Part shown: positions 8,121-17,523 of the stretch, one piece after another | Position numbering within the stretch: the first letter of the stretch is position 1 | How the letters are laid out: each line of letters starts with the position of its first letter | Source: Thermodesulfobacteriota bacterium | GTDB taxonomy: Bacteria > Desulfobacterota_D > UBA1144 > Nemesobacterales > Mycalebacteriaceae | DNA length: 64,000 nt | Assembly: GCA_965226585.1 (NCBI GenBank) | Contig: OZ245366.1 | Location: 487,423 to 551,422 of the forward strand | Direction of reading: 5' to 3' | Position numbers and translations under genes: made by a program | The notes under the pieces: generated by a model | Told to the model about the DNA's origin: nothing | The model's database searches: none | What the model saw: only the letters and a program-made list of their open reading frames with translations

Positions 8121-10190
8121 TTAGTCCGCAATTGAAGCGGCAAAATCGTCCGCGCCGGAAGGAAGTCCGCACGTCCCGTCTTCGCACACATAGACAAGCG
8201 TTTTCCCGTTTCCGCCCGCAGAGCATCCGGCGGCAAAAGGGGCTATGTTGCCGGTCTCAGAGCAGTCCGGTTTTTTGAGCAGAACTGTTGCCCCCGGCTC
8301 GTAGTTTTTCGCGAGCGCGTCCGTAACTTTTTCCGCCCCGTCCGTGCCTTCGGCGATAACAACCTCAAATGTTTTTCCCGCGGCAAACTCAAGCGCGCAG
8401 AGAAGCATTCCGTGTGAAGACGGCAGTTTTTCAACCGACAGCGAAAGAGAGCGGGCAATTTTAGCGGCGTCCTCATCGTACCGGTGGTTTCCCGTCAGGC
8501 GGGATATTTTCATCAGGTTGAGAGCCGCAACCGAGTTTCCGCACGGAAGCGCGCCGTCATGAAACTCCTTTTTCCTCACTATCAGACTTTCCGCCCCCGA
8601 CGGGGTGAAGAAAAAACCGCCTTTTTCCTCATCAGAAAAAAGTTCAATCATCTTGTCGTTCAGCCTCATCGCGGTTTTAAGGCGCGAGATGTCAAACCCC
8701 GCTTCGTAAAGCTCAAGCAGTCCCCAGACCATAAACGCATAGTCGTCCAAGTTTCCCCTGATGGCGGCGTCTCCGTCTCTGAATCTGTGCAGAAGTTCAT
8801 TGCCGTCAAACATATTTGCGAGAATGAAATCCGCCGCAGTTTCCGCCGCTTCAACATATTCTTTCCGCCCGAAAGCTCGTCCCGCTTTTGAGAACGCCGC
8901 TATCATCAAGCCGTTCCAGTCGGTCAGAATTTTGTCGTCTTTGTGCGGACGCGGGCGTTTTTCTCTGCGTTCAAACAGCTTTTTCACCGCAGATTCAGTA
9001 AGCCGCTCCGCTTCGGTTTTGTCTGTGCCCGCAGTTTCCGCCGCAAAGGAAAGCGGTTTTGTTCTGTGCGGGATGTTGGTTCCGGGCATTTTTCCGGTCG
9101 CCTCGTCAACAAAGTTCCCGCCGCTTTTTATGGTAAAAACCTCCGCCGCAATGCGGGCTTCATCCGCTCCCGCCGTCTCTCTGAATTCCTCTTCGCTCCA
9201 TAGGTAGAACTTTCCCTCCTCGCCCTCGCTGTCCGCGTCTTCTGCGGAGAAGAACGCGCCGCCTGAAGCGGTCATGTCTCTCATGACGTATTCAAGCGTT
9301 TTTTCCGCGCCGTTTTTATAGGCGGGGTTTGAGGTGGCAAGCCACGCCTCGGTCAGGGCGGCGCAGATAAGCGCCTGATCGTGGAGCATTTTTTCAAAGT
9401 GCGGCACAAGCCACCGGCGGTCGGTTGAATACCTGTGAAATCCGCCCCCGATGTGGTCGTTTATTCCGCCGTCAAGCATGGAGCCGAGCGTTTTTTCAGC
9501 AACTTCAAGGGATTTGGCATCTCCGGTTCTTTTCCAGTGGCGAAGCAGGAATATCAGGTTTTGCGGAGAGGGGAATTTAGGCGCGTCTCCGAAGCCCCCG
9601 AAAACGGGGTCAAAAGCCGCCGCCAGAGTTTCCGCGCCGTTTTTCAGCAGATCCTCATTGCCCATGCGCCCCTCAGACTGCATCACCGCTTGAGAGTCTC
9701 TGATGGCAATCTCAATGTCTCCGGCGGATTTTTCTATGTCTGCGCGCCGGGAACTCCACACCTCTTTTATCTGCGGTATCAGTTCAACCATTCCGGCTCT
9801 GCCGTATCTGTTGTGTTTCGGTATGTAGGTTGCCGCGAAAAACGGTTTTTTGCCGGGCGTCATAACAACATTCAGGGGCCATCCGCAGTTTCCTCTTGAA
9901 ACTATCTGGCACACGCTCATCAGAACCCCGTCAATGTCCGGACGCTCTTCGCGGTCAACCTTGATGGAGATGAAAACATCGTTCATCAACTCCGCCACTT
10001 CCGGGTCTTCAAAAGACTCCTTTTCCATCACGTGGCACCAGTGGCAGGTTGAGTATCCGACTGAAACGAGAACGGGCTTGTCTTCGCGCGCGGCGGTTTC
10101 AAACGCCTCTCCGCACCAGGGGTACCAGTTCACCGGGTTGCCCGCATGCTGGAGAAGATAAGGGCTTTTTTCTTTTGAAAGTCTGTTCAT
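8121..10190 (-). CDS. Thioredoxin-domain protein of the DUF255/YyaL family (N-acylglucosamine-2-epimerase-like C-terminal domain)
   Basis: The N-terminus ([17 protein letters not shown]...[18 protein letters not shown]) is the DUF255 thioredoxin-like signature. The long alpha/alpha-toroid-like C-terminus is typical of YyaL. Confidence 0.8.
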   Translation of the reverse strand: MNRLSKEKSPYLLQHAGNPVNWYPWCGEAFETAAREDKPVLVSVGYSTCHWCHVMEKESFEDPEVAELMNDVFISIKVDREERPDIDGVLMSVCQIVSRGNCGWPLNVVMTPGKKPFFAATYIPKHNRYGRAGMVELIPQIKEVWSSRRADIEKSAGDIEIAIRDSQAVMQSEGRMGNEDLLKNGAETLAAAFDPVFGGFGDAPKFPSPQNLIFLLRHWKRTGDAKSLEVAEKTLGSMLDGGINDHIGGGFHRYSTDRRWLVPHFEKMLHDQALICAALTEAWLATSNPAYKNGAEKTLEYVMRDMTASGGAFFSAEDADSEGEEGKFYLWSEEEFRETAGADEARIAAEVFTIKSGGNFVDEATGKMPGTNIPHRTKPLSFAAETAGTDKTEAERLTESAVKKLFERREKRPRPHKDDKILTDWNGLMIAAFSKAGRAFGRKEYVEAAETAADFILANMFDGNELLHRFRDGDAAIRGNLDDYAFMVWGLLELYEAGFDISRLKTAMRLNDKMIELFSDEEKGGFFFTPSGAESLIVRKKEFHDGALPCGNSVAALNLMKISRLTGNHRYDEDAAKIARSLSLSVEKLPSSHGMLLCALEFAAGKTFEVVIAEGTDGAEKVTDALAKNYEPGATVLLKKPDCSETGNIAPFAAGCSAGGNGKTLVYVCEDGTCGLPSGADDFAASIAD

Positions 10191-10295
10191 CGGCTTGTCT
10201 GAAACCGCAAAGAAAATACCCGTCCGCGCCGCGCCGTTCCATTATTTTTATGCAATATGTGTCCGGACGGTTTATATTGAAGGCGGGATTTTGCC

Positions 10296-10679
10296 GTGAA
10301 GTTGTATCACAAAGCCGGAGTGGTTGTCCGCAGAAGCGGAGATGACGGGGACGAGATTCTTCTCGTCAGCGCGCGCCGTCATGCCGGTTCGTGGGTTTTT
10401 CCCGCCGGAACGGTTGAAGAGGGAGAAGCCGCCGCGCAAGCCGCCGCGCGCGAGTGCGAGGAGGAAAGCGGATACACCGTCCGCACGGGGGAGGAGATAG
10501 GCGCGGTTACCGTTACGGGAGACGGCTGGACAAAAGAGTTTATTTTTTTCTCAGCCGCCGTTACGGGCGAGGTGGAGAGAAAGGAGAGCGACAGGGAACG
10601 CAAGTGGGTGCGGGTTTCCCGTCTTGAAGACGAGGTTGCCGATGTTTTCGCCCCCATAGCGAAACTTGTGAAAAAATAG
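10296..10679 (+). CDS. NUDIX hydrolase
   Basis: It carries the Nudix box GTVEEGEAAAQAAARECEEESG (Gx5Ex7REUxEExGU). Confidence 0.8.
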   Translation: MKLYHKAGVVVRRSGDDGDEILLVSARRHAGSWVFPAGTVEEGEAAAQAAARECEEESGYTVRTGEEIGAVTVTGDGWTKEFIFFSAAVTGEVERKESDRERKWVRVSRLEDEVADVFAPIAKLVKK

Positions 10680-10736
10680 CCGTTTTACGGTCTGCTCCCG
10701 TTCTGTTAGAATTGGCGCGAAATACGGACTGCCGCA

Positions 10737-11504
10737 ATGGAAAACTACTACGAAAAACTGGCGGGAAGATACAGAACCCTCCGCATGACGGACAACGAGC
10801 CGGTGGACTTTGCCTGCAAACTGCTTTCGTCATTAAAAGAAGGGCGCGTTGAGGTTGCCGACATGGGCTGCGGCGCAGGAAGATACGCCAAACTGTTTCT
10901 GGAAAATCTCGGAGACAACCTTTTTCTCCACTGCTTTGACACAAACGAAGTTATGCTCAACCAGCTTGAGAAATATCTCTCAGGCGAGGGCATAAAAAAC
11001 TTTTCCGCCAAAGTGGCGGACGCAAGAGAAGTTCCTCTCACCGAAAACACGCTTGATGCGGTGGTGTGCTTCAACTCCGTTCACCACATCGGGATTGTCG
11101 GTTTGCTGCAGGAGATTTCAAGGATATTGAAACCCGGCGGTCTGTTTTTTATCTACACAAGGTCGAGAGCCCAAAACGCGCGAACCGTGTGGGGGCGGTA
11201 TTTTCCGCTTTTCCAGCGCAAAGAGTCGCGCCTTTACGATCCGGAAGAGTTTGAGTTCAAGATTGAAAAATTTCCCGAGTTTGAAATTGAAGCCGCAAAA
11301 ACCTTCACCTACGAGCGCGTAACTTCAAAGAAAGACCTTGAAGAAAAGGCGTCCGCGAAGGCATATTCGCCTTTTCATTTCTACGGGCCCGAAGAGTTTG
11401 ACAGGGCGTTTGACGAGTTCAAAAGGAAACTGGAAGAGCAGTTTGAAGGCGATGTGGAGTGGGAGGACGAGAAGATAATGTACGTCCTCAAAAAACGCGC
11501 CTGA
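10737..11504 (+). CDS. Class I SAM-dependent methyltransferase
   Basis: Motif I VADMGCGAGRYA and a post-I acidic residue are present. The substrate is unknown. Confidence 0.7.
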   Translation: MENYYEKLAGRYRTLRMTDNEPVDFACKLLSSLKEGRVEVADMGCGAGRYAKLFLENLGDNLFLHCFDTNEVMLNQLEKYLSGEGIKNFSAKVADAREVPLTENTLDAVVCFNSVHHIGIVGLLQEISRILKPGGLFFIYTRSRAQNARTVWGRYFPLFQRKESRLYDPEEFEFKIEKFPEFEIEAAKTFTYERVTSKKDLEEKASAKAYSPFHFYGPEEFDRAFDEFKRKLEEQFEGDVEWEDEKIMYVLKKRA

Positions 11505-11519
11505 TATCAAAAAGCGGCT

Positions 11520-12434
11520 TCAACTGAGACAGTCTTTTATCTCGCGTGCGAGGTTTTCCACCACTTCAAAATAGAGGTCTTCACCCGGAGTGATGCCTGA
11601 GCCCAGAGGGTCTATAACTCCGATTTTCGCGTCTGTTCCCTCAACCACCGTTTTCATGATTTTTCTGCTGAACTGCGGCTCGCCGAAAACGCAGACGGCT
11701 CCGGACTTGCGTATTTTTTTGCGTATGCGGGTTATCTCCGCCGCAGACGGAGGGGAATCCGGGTTGAAGGTTATGGAGCCCACCGGTTTCAGCCCGTACA
11801 GTTTTTCAAAATAGATGTAGGCATCGTGAAAAACCACGTACGGAATGCCTTTCACTCCGGCGAGTTCTTTGCGTATTTTCGCGTCCAGTTTTTTCAGCCG
11901 CGCGATAAGAGCCCGCGCGTTTTTTTTGTATCTGCTTCTCTCGCCCGGATTTGCCTTAGACATTTCCCGCGTAATTATCTTCACGATTTTCTCCGCCATT
12001 GGAGGCGACAGCCAGATGTGCAAGTTGTGATTTCCGTGGTCGTGCCCGTCAGACTCCCATTCTCCGCTTTTTCTGACTTTCATAAGCGACAATCCGGAGT
12101 TATCCGCCACCGCCACCGTGCGAACGCCTGAGGGAACGGAGCGCAGGGCGTTGTTGAGAAACCCCTCAAGACCGCCGCTAATATAGAAAACCGCTTTCGC
12201 GTTTCTTATGCTTCTCACGTGCGACGGGCTGAGACTGAATCCGTGAGGCGAAATGCCTGACTTCACTATCAAATCCGTTTTTTCCGCGCCCTTTACAACT
12301 CCCGACACAAGAGCGTGAAGCGGCGCGATGCTTGCCGCTACCCTGCCCGAATCCTTCGCATTTACACCGCCTGAAAACACGGCAAACATCACGCCCGCAA
12401 GAACAAAAACACTTGCAAATCTTTTCATGTGCAA
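11520..12434 (-). CDS. znuA: Zinc ABC transporter substrate-binding protein ZnuA (TroA/cluster A-I SBP)
   Basis: It has a signal peptide and a cluster-9 SBP fold with a His-rich loop (DGHDHGNHNLHIW). It is divergent from zur-znuCB. Confidence 0.85.
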   Translation of the reverse strand: MHMKRFASVFVLAGVMFAVFSGGVNAKDSGRVAASIAPLHALVSGVVKGAEKTDLIVKSGISPHGFSLSPSHVRSIRNAKAVFYISGGLEGFLNNALRSVPSGVRTVAVADNSGLSLMKVRKSGEWESDGHDHGNHNLHIWLSPPMAEKIVKIITREMSKANPGERSRYKKNARALIARLKKLDAKIRKELAGVKGIPYVVFHDAYIYFEKLYGLKPVGSITFNPDSPPSAAEITRIRKKIRKSGAVCVFGEPQFSRKIMKTVVEGTDAKIGVIDPLGSGITPGEDLYFEVVENLAREIKDCLS

Positions 12435-12444
12435 CCCACCTCTT

Positions 12445-12477
12445 TTGACACAATATGCGTTATGTTATAACATAACG
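12445..12477. promoter_or_regulatory. Divergent znuA / zur-znuCB promoter region with a perfect 20-bp Zur-box-like palindrome
   Basis: TTGACA at 12445-12450 is followed by CGTTATGTTATAACATAACG (12458-12477; 10+10 perfect inverted repeat with a TGTTATAACA core). This resembles Fur/Zur-family operators and lies between znuA and zur. Confidence 0.6.
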
Positions 12478-12484
12478 CTTGATT

Positions 12485-12979
12485 ATGCAAAATTCAGAGC
12501 GAAAAACTGGAAATTCCGCAGTTTTCTGCGGCGACCATGATGTTTGCGTTGATGATGTTACCGCTTTTGCCGCCCGTGTTTGTTCGGAAAGGGGGGCGCG
12601 GCTCACGCCTATCAGAAAGCGCGTTCTTGAGATAGTCGCGCGCGCTCACAAGCCCGTCAAGGCGTATGACATCCTCGCCGACCTTTCAAGTTTCGCCAAG
12701 CCGCCCACGGTCTACCGCGCGCTTGATTTTCTGATAGAAAACGGTCTTGTCCACAAACTTTCCAGCATATCGTCTTACTCCGCCTGTTTTCACCCCGAAA
12801 GCGGGCACGCGGAGTGCTTTTTCCTTATCTGTTCGGAATGCGGAGGCAGTAGAGAGTTCTGCGGCTCAGACCTTTCGGGAGCAATAGAGGGAGCGGTTTC
12901 CCGTGAGGATTTCCGCAAGAAAAACGCGATTGTTGAAGTGCTCGGAACGTGCGCCGTGTGCGCGGAGGACGGGCGGTGA
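12485..12979 (+). CDS. zur: Fur-family zinc uptake regulator Zur
   Basis: It has a Fur-family winged helix (RKRVLEIVARAHKPVKAYDIL) and a C-terminal CxxC pair (CSECG...CAVC). It sits in the znu operon. The start is uncertain; I used the first ATG (12485), whereas the track uses TTG at 12479. Confidence 0.8.
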   Translation: MQNSERKTGNSAVFCGDHDVCVDDVTAFAARVCSERGARLTPIRKRVLEIVARAHKPVKAYDILADLSSFAKPPTVYRALDFLIENGLVHKLSSISSYSACFHPESGHAECFFLICSECGGSREFCGSDLSGAIEGAVSREDFRKKNAIVEVLGTCAVCAEDGR

Positions 12980-13728
12980 GGGAAGCCCTTATAAAGACTG
13001 AAAATGTGAACGTGTCGAGAGGCGGCGTTGAGATTTTGCGCGATATTTCGCTTGAGATAGGCGCGGGCGATTTTGTTTCAATCGTGGGTCCCAACGGAGC
13101 CGGAAAGACCACACTTCTGAAAATTCTCACGGGCGTTCTCAGCCCCGATTCCGGTTCGCGCTTCCGCAAGCCGGGGCTCAAAACGGGTTATATGCCGCAA
13201 ATCGTTGACAATATGAGTTTCATGCCCGTTTCGGCGGCGCGTTTTATACGTCTGCGTCACGGAAACGCCGGGGAAGAGGAGTTTAAATCTGTCTGCGGGG
13301 AAACGGGGGTTGCCGGTTTTGTGAACAGGGAGATGGGAAGACTTTCGGGCGGCGAGATTCAGCGCGTTCTGCTTGCAAGGGCTCTTATGGACAGCCCGGA
13401 CATACTCATTATGGATGAGCCCGCGCAAAACCTTGACGTTTCCGGGCAACTGGAGTTCTACAAACTGCTTGAAAGAATTCACCGCGAGCGCGGGGTTGCC
13501 GTTGTGATGGTATCGCACGACCTACACATGGTGATGTCTTCCACAAAGAATGTCATCTGCCTTTACGGGCATATATGTTGCGAGGGAGAGCCTCAGAGTG
13601 TGGCGAAACACCCGGAGTTCTCGGTGATGTTCGGCGAGGGTATGGCGCAACTGATGTCTGTCTATTCCCACAGTCACGAGCATACGCACGGCGGCAACAC
13701 GGGCGGAGAGACGAGCAAAAATGGGTGA
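12976..13728 (+). CDS. znuC: Zinc ABC transporter ATP-binding protein ZnuC
   Basis: It has Walker A GPNGAGKTTLLK, the ABC signature LSGGEIQRV and Walker B ILIMDEP. I propose a GTG start at 12976 overlapping the zur stop (GTGA). Confidence 0.85.
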   Translation: MREALIKTENVNVSRGGVEILRDISLEIGAGDFVSIVGPNGAGKTTLLKILTGVLSPDSGSRFRKPGLKTGYMPQIVDNMSFMPVSAARFIRLRHGNAGEEEFKSVCGETGVAGFVNREMGRLSGGEIQRVLLARALMDSPDILIMDEPAQNLDVSGQLEFYKLLERIHRERGVAVVMVSHDLHMVMSSTKNVICLYGHICCEGEPQSVAKHPEFSVMFGEGMAQLMSVYSHSHEHTHGGNTGGETSKNG

Positions 13729-14536
13729 AGATTTTGTCATACGCGCTCTTATAGCCGGAGCGGGGGTCGCAATCGCCGCGGGCGCGCTGGGATGCTTTGT
13801 TGTGTGGCGGCGCATGGCTTATTTTGGAGACTCGCTGTCTCACACCGCGCTTGCGGGCATTCCGTTCGGATTGCTTGCCGGAATAGGAATTGACTACGGG
13901 GTTTTTGCGGTTGTGGTGGTGTTTTCCCTTCTGCTCACTTGGGCGTATAAGCGCGGCAAACTCGGCACAGACACGGTTCTCGGCATAATAGCCCACGGCG
14001 CTCTTGCCATCGGTGTGGTCGCGGTTTCCCTTGTCAATTTCACTGCCATCAACCTTCACTCGGCTCTTTTCGGCGACATACTCACGGTCGTAAACGCAGA
14101 CATAGTGCGGATATACGTTTGCTGTGCCGTTGTTCTCGCCCTGATTTTGCTCAACTGGGATTCCCTTGTGCTTATAACGATAAGCGAAGACATGGCAAAG
14201 GCGGAGGGCGTCAGGGTGTTGGTGATGAACTTTATGCTTGTGTTTCTGATGGCGGTTATGGTGTCTGCTTCCTTCCGAATTGTGGGGGCTTTGCTGATAA
14301 CTTCAATGCTTATAATTCCCGCCGCCGCCGCGCGGATGCTCGCGCGTTCTCCCGAAATGATGGCGATTCTCGCGTGCGCGGTCGGGGTTTCATCCGTTGT
14401 GGTTGGCATATACGGTTCGCTTGTCTACAACACCCCTTCGGGGCCCACAATAATCACGGCTTCCGTTCTGTTTTTCGTTCTTTTTCTCGCTTGCGGGTTT
14501 ATTTACGAAAAGTGGTTCGCGGGCGTAAAAAACTAG
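13721..14536 (+). CDS. znuB: Zinc ABC transporter permease ZnuB
   Basis: It is a multi-TM protein of the ABC-3 family (GALGCFVVWRRMAYFGDSLSHTALAGI). Its start overlaps the znuC stop. Confidence 0.85.
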   Translation: MGEDFVIRALIAGAGVAIAAGALGCFVVWRRMAYFGDSLSHTALAGIPFGLLAGIGIDYGVFAVVVVFSLLLTWAYKRGKLGTDTVLGIIAHGALAIGVVAVSLVNFTAINLHSALFGDILTVVNADIVRIYVCCAVVLALILLNWDSLVLITISEDMAKAEGVRVLVMNFMLVFLMAVMVSASFRIVGALLITSMLIIPAAAARMLARSPEMMAILACAVGVSSVVVGIYGSLVYNTPSGPTIITASVLFFVLFLACGFIYEKWFAGVKN

Positions 14537-14548
14537 AGGTGTAATGTT

Positions 14549-15970
14549 ATGAAAACGTTTTTTGCTTTTATTCTAATGGCTTCCGCGATATTCGCGGCTG
14601 TTCCGCCCGCGTCCGGTGAAATAACCATAGACGGGCATATTGATATGAAACTCCACATGGACAAAGTCATAGACTCAGCCGAAGCAACCGGCGAGGTGCT
14701 TGAGGGCTATACCGATTCCCATATCTACACGATATTGCACCTGCCGTGGGGTTTTTCCCTTGAAACGGAAGTGCTTCTTGAGGGTGAACCGTGCGGACAC
14801 GACCACGGGCACGGCGAAGAAGAGGAGGAAGAAGAACATGCTCATGAAGCGGTGTGCAGAACAGCGGTAGAGGAGCATGAAGAAGAAGCAGCTGAGCCAC
14901 ATTCACACGCCGACCCTCCGGCAGCAGCACAAGCACAAGAAGAAGAAGAGGAAGTGGAATTAAGGAAACTTTCTTTCTTCGGTGACCATGTTTTTACGCT
15001 TCAAACCTTTATGCTGAAATACACACGCGCTTTCGGTCCCGTAAAATGGTCTCTCTACGGCGGCAAGTTTGTTCCCGTTGTCGGAATAGACGCGGAATCC
15101 CTGCCGGGTGTGTATTCATACCGCGCTCTCCACGAATACGATTTAGACCCGAAAATCGGTTTAGGCACAAAGTTTGTCGTGAACGCGGAGGATTTTGGAA
15201 CGCACCAGTTGAATACATCCCTCTTTACGGCGGACACAACCGCTTTCAGCGATAACGGCTCGGGCGACCGCCTCAAAAGGGCGGACGGTGGACCGTCCAA
15301 CAACGGCGACCTTACATCCGTGGTTTTTTCGCTTGGCGGAAAAAATTTCTACACCCTGAGAGACGGCTTTTTTGCCAACTTTCTGGAAGGTTTTTCATAC
15401 CGCATCGGCTATGCGAACCAGAAGAAGCAGAGCATGGCATATGAAGGTGAATATGATGAACACATCGGACCGCCGACCACAGGAGACGAAACGAGATACA
15501 CATTTTCAATGGGGCAGAAACGGAACTTTACGGAAAATCTCTCCCTCACACTCAAGACCGAATACATCAACATAAACAACTACGGGGGCGAAACGGGACG
15601 ATTGCGCAATGCGTGGACGGTGGCAACCGCTTTTGACTGGAAGCGGTGGACGCTTGCGGGTTCTTATTCCTCAACGGACAACAGGTCATCCACTTTCACC
15701 AGAAGGAGGATAGCGATAGAGACGCAGGTAAGGGATAGGACACCGAGAGAAAACGTGCTTCCGCCGGAAGAAGATACGGGGAGCCTTGGCGCGACTATTT
15801 ACAGCTTTTCCCTCTCACGCAAACTTGGCGGCGGCGGAGCGAAACTTGGTGTCGGCTACCAGAGTGTGAAAGAAGAGGGCGAAACAACCGGCAGAATTGG
15901 AATGCTCCTCAGTTACAGCGGCTCGTTTTTCTCAGGCTCCGCAGAGAGCCACGAAGGGCACGACCACTAA
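14549..15970 (+). CDS. Secreted/outer-membrane protein with a His- and Glu-rich low-complexity metal-binding region, co-transcribed with znuCB
   Basis: It has a signal peptide (MKTFFAFILMASAIFAAVPPASG). A tract GHDHGHGEEEEEEEHAHE...EEHEEEAAEPHSHAD...QEEEEEVE and a C-terminal SHEGHDH are present. The rest has the alternating pattern of beta-barrel strands. It begins 13 nt after znuB, with an RBS. Confidence 0.5.
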   Translation: MKTFFAFILMASAIFAAVPPASGEITIDGHIDMKLHMDKVIDSAEATGEVLEGYTDSHIYTILHLPWGFSLETEVLLEGEPCGHDHGHGEEEEEEEHAHEAVCRTAVEEHEEEAAEPHSHADPPAAAQAQEEEEEVELRKLSFFGDHVFTLQTFMLKYTRAFGPVKWSLYGGKFVPVVGIDAESLPGVYSYRALHEYDLDPKIGLGTKFVVNAEDFGTHQLNTSLFTADTTAFSDNGSGDRLKRADGGPSNNGDLTSVVFSLGGKNFYTLRDGFFANFLEGFSYRIGYANQKKQSMAYEGEYDEHIGPPTTGDETRYTFSMGQKRNFTENLSLTLKTEYININNYGGETGRLRNAWTVATAFDWKRWTLAGSYSSTDNRSSTFTRRRIAIETQVRDRTPRENVLPPEEDTGSLGATIYSFSLSRKLGGGGAKLGVGYQSVKEEGETTGRIGMLLSYSGSFFSGSAESHEGHDH

Positions 15971-15973
15971 TTT

Positions 15974-16354
15974 TCAGATGAGATATATGGCAAGAAAGGC
16001 GAAGAAAAATCCCGTCAAATAAATAACCACGGATACCGCCACCGTCCACAAACTCAAGGCGCGCAGACGCATGCACGAGCGCGCCGCCTCAGGGTCTGCC
16101 GGGCACGGGGCGTTTCTCTGCGAGTATCTCGCCACGGCGGCGATAAGAAGCATCACCCCCGCGACTGAAAAAACCCACACCTTGTGAGTGGAAAGCCAGA
16201 TAAGCCCCGGAAACGCGCTGACGAGCCCCGCCGTAACGGCTCCCATCCCGATTGCGGCAAGAAGCGAGGGAAGGGCGCAGCAGATTAGAGTTCCCGCAGA
16301 TGTGAACAGTGAGAAAAAGGGCAAAGCCGTGTCTTTCAGCCCTGCCTGTCTCAC
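15974..16354 (-). CDS. MerT-like inner-membrane metal transport protein
   Basis: It has three TM segments, a vicinal Cys pair in TM1 (LICCALP; compare MerT CCLGP) and a second Cys pair in the cytoplasmic loop (APCPADPEAARSC). Its size is about 125 aa. Confidence 0.6.
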   Translation of the reverse strand: MRQAGLKDTALPFFSLFTSAGTLICCALPSLLAAIGMGAVTAGLVSAFPGLIWLSTHKVWVFSVAGVMLLIAAVARYSQRNAPCPADPEAARSCMRLRALSLWTVAVSVVIYLTGFFFAFLAIYLI

Positions 16355-16749
16355 CGCCTGCCCTCTTTTTTGTAGAACGATATGGACTCAACCGAGTATC
16401 CGGCATCGTTCACAAGTTTGCTGATTTTCTTATCAGACAGTTTCTTTCTTTTCTTCATGTAGATGTTGATAAAACTGCGTTTCAGGTTGACATCCACATC
16501 TTCAACCGCGCCGGTTTTGAGAAAAACCTTGCGTATGGAACGCGCGCAGAAATCGCACACAAGCCCCTTCACCCGCACATGAACTATGTTTCCCGAAGAC
16601 ATGGGTTTGGCGTTTGCCTGTTTCTCTTTCTTTTCTTCCGAGTGGTCGTGTCCTCTGCTTCCGGAATGGTCTGCGTTTGCGGCTCCGGTGAGGCAAACCG
16701 CCGCCAGAATAAACGCCGCAACAAAAGTTCGTATCGCTGTTGTTTTCAT
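16351..16749 (-). CDS. MerP-like periplasmic heavy-metal-associated (HMA) domain protein with a His-rich N-terminal segment
   Basis: A signal peptide is followed by DHSGSRGHDHSEE, and then an HMA fold with a metal-binding VCDFCA motif (a variant of GMTCxxC). Its stop overlaps the merT-like start (ATGA). Confidence 0.65.
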   Translation of the reverse strand: MKTTAIRTFVAAFILAAVCLTGAANADHSGSRGHDHSEEKKEKQANAKPMSSGNIVHVRVKGLVCDFCARSIRKVFLKTGAVEDVDVNLKRSFINIYMKKRKKLSDKKISKLVNDAGYSVESISFYKKEGRR

Positions 16750-16759
16750 GGTTTTCCCC

Positions 16760-17398
16760 CTAAAACCGCCTGATAAAGTTCAGGGTCAGTTTTTCGCTAA
16801 AACTATATCCTACCTCAACAAGAGATTTCCCCTTAAACAAACGGACAACCGGCGTTATATCAATGTCTTTGTTTTCTCCGCCCTCAAAACGCTGGGTTGC
16901 ATCAACCATCAGCCATGTGTGAAGGGCTCCGTATTCCGCCACATACGGGGCGATTCCCGCTCTTGCGGAATGAGTAAAAAACTTTCCCGCGTCTCCAAGC
17001 GTCCACCCGCGACTTTCATAACGCGCAAAAAGCCGCCGCGTTTCCCAGTCCACAGCCGCGCCACCGAAAACGGCGGGAAAATAACGGTCTTCATAACGCC
17101 CGCCGCCCGCGCCCAGTTTTATGTAGAAGTTCGCCTGCGAGCCGATTTTGTTTATCCGCCTGATAAGAAAATTGGCTTGAGCCACCGCGCCCCGAAAATC
17201 ATTGCGCCTCAAATGGACCATCCTCAAGCCCAGCGAATGCCGCGCTGTGGGCGAGTAGTGGATGTGGAGCGAGGTGTTGTCTGCGTTGTGAAGTTGCATC
17301 ACAGTCCACCCGCCCGGATATGAAACGGGTCTTGCAAGCGCGGAAAAAGGAGCGAACGCGAATACGGTGAGAATTAGAAACAGTTTTATATTCCGCAA
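16760..17398 (-). CDS. Small outer-membrane beta-barrel protein (unknown), first gene of the merP/merT-like operon
   Basis: It has a TTG start with an AAGAGGA RBS and a signal peptide ending ALA. There is an alternating amphipathic pattern and a C-terminal aromatic (…NFIRRF). It lies 10 nt upstream of the merP-like gene. Confidence 0.5.
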   Translation of the reverse strand: MRNIKLFLILTVFAFAPFSALARPVSYPGGWTVMQLHNADNTSLHIHYSPTARHSLGLRMVHLRRNDFRGAVAQANFLIRRINKIGSQANFYIKLGAGGGRYEDRYFPAVFGGAAVDWETRRLFARYESRGWTLGDAGKFFTHSARAGIAPYVAEYGALHTWLMVDATQRFEGGENKDIDITPVVRLFKGKSLVEVGYSFSEKLTLNFIRRF

Positions 17399-17445
17399 AT
17401 CTTTTCCTCTTTTGGAACGGCGGGGCGGGGAAATAAAGGGAAAGG

Positions 17446-17523
17446 TGGCGCGCCCGAGAGGATTTGAACCTCTGACCCTTGGCTCCGGAGGCCAATGCTC
17501 TATCCGGACTGAGCTACGGGCGC
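17446..17523 (-). tRNA. tRNA-Arg (anticodon CCG), CCA encoded
   Basis: The reverse complement folds as GCGCCCG-TA-GCTC-AGTCCGGATA-GAGC-A-TTGGC-CTCCGGA-GCCAA-GGGTC-AGAGG-TTCAAAT-CCTCT-CGGGCGC-G-CCA. The anticodon loop is CU-CCG-GA. Confidence 0.9.
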
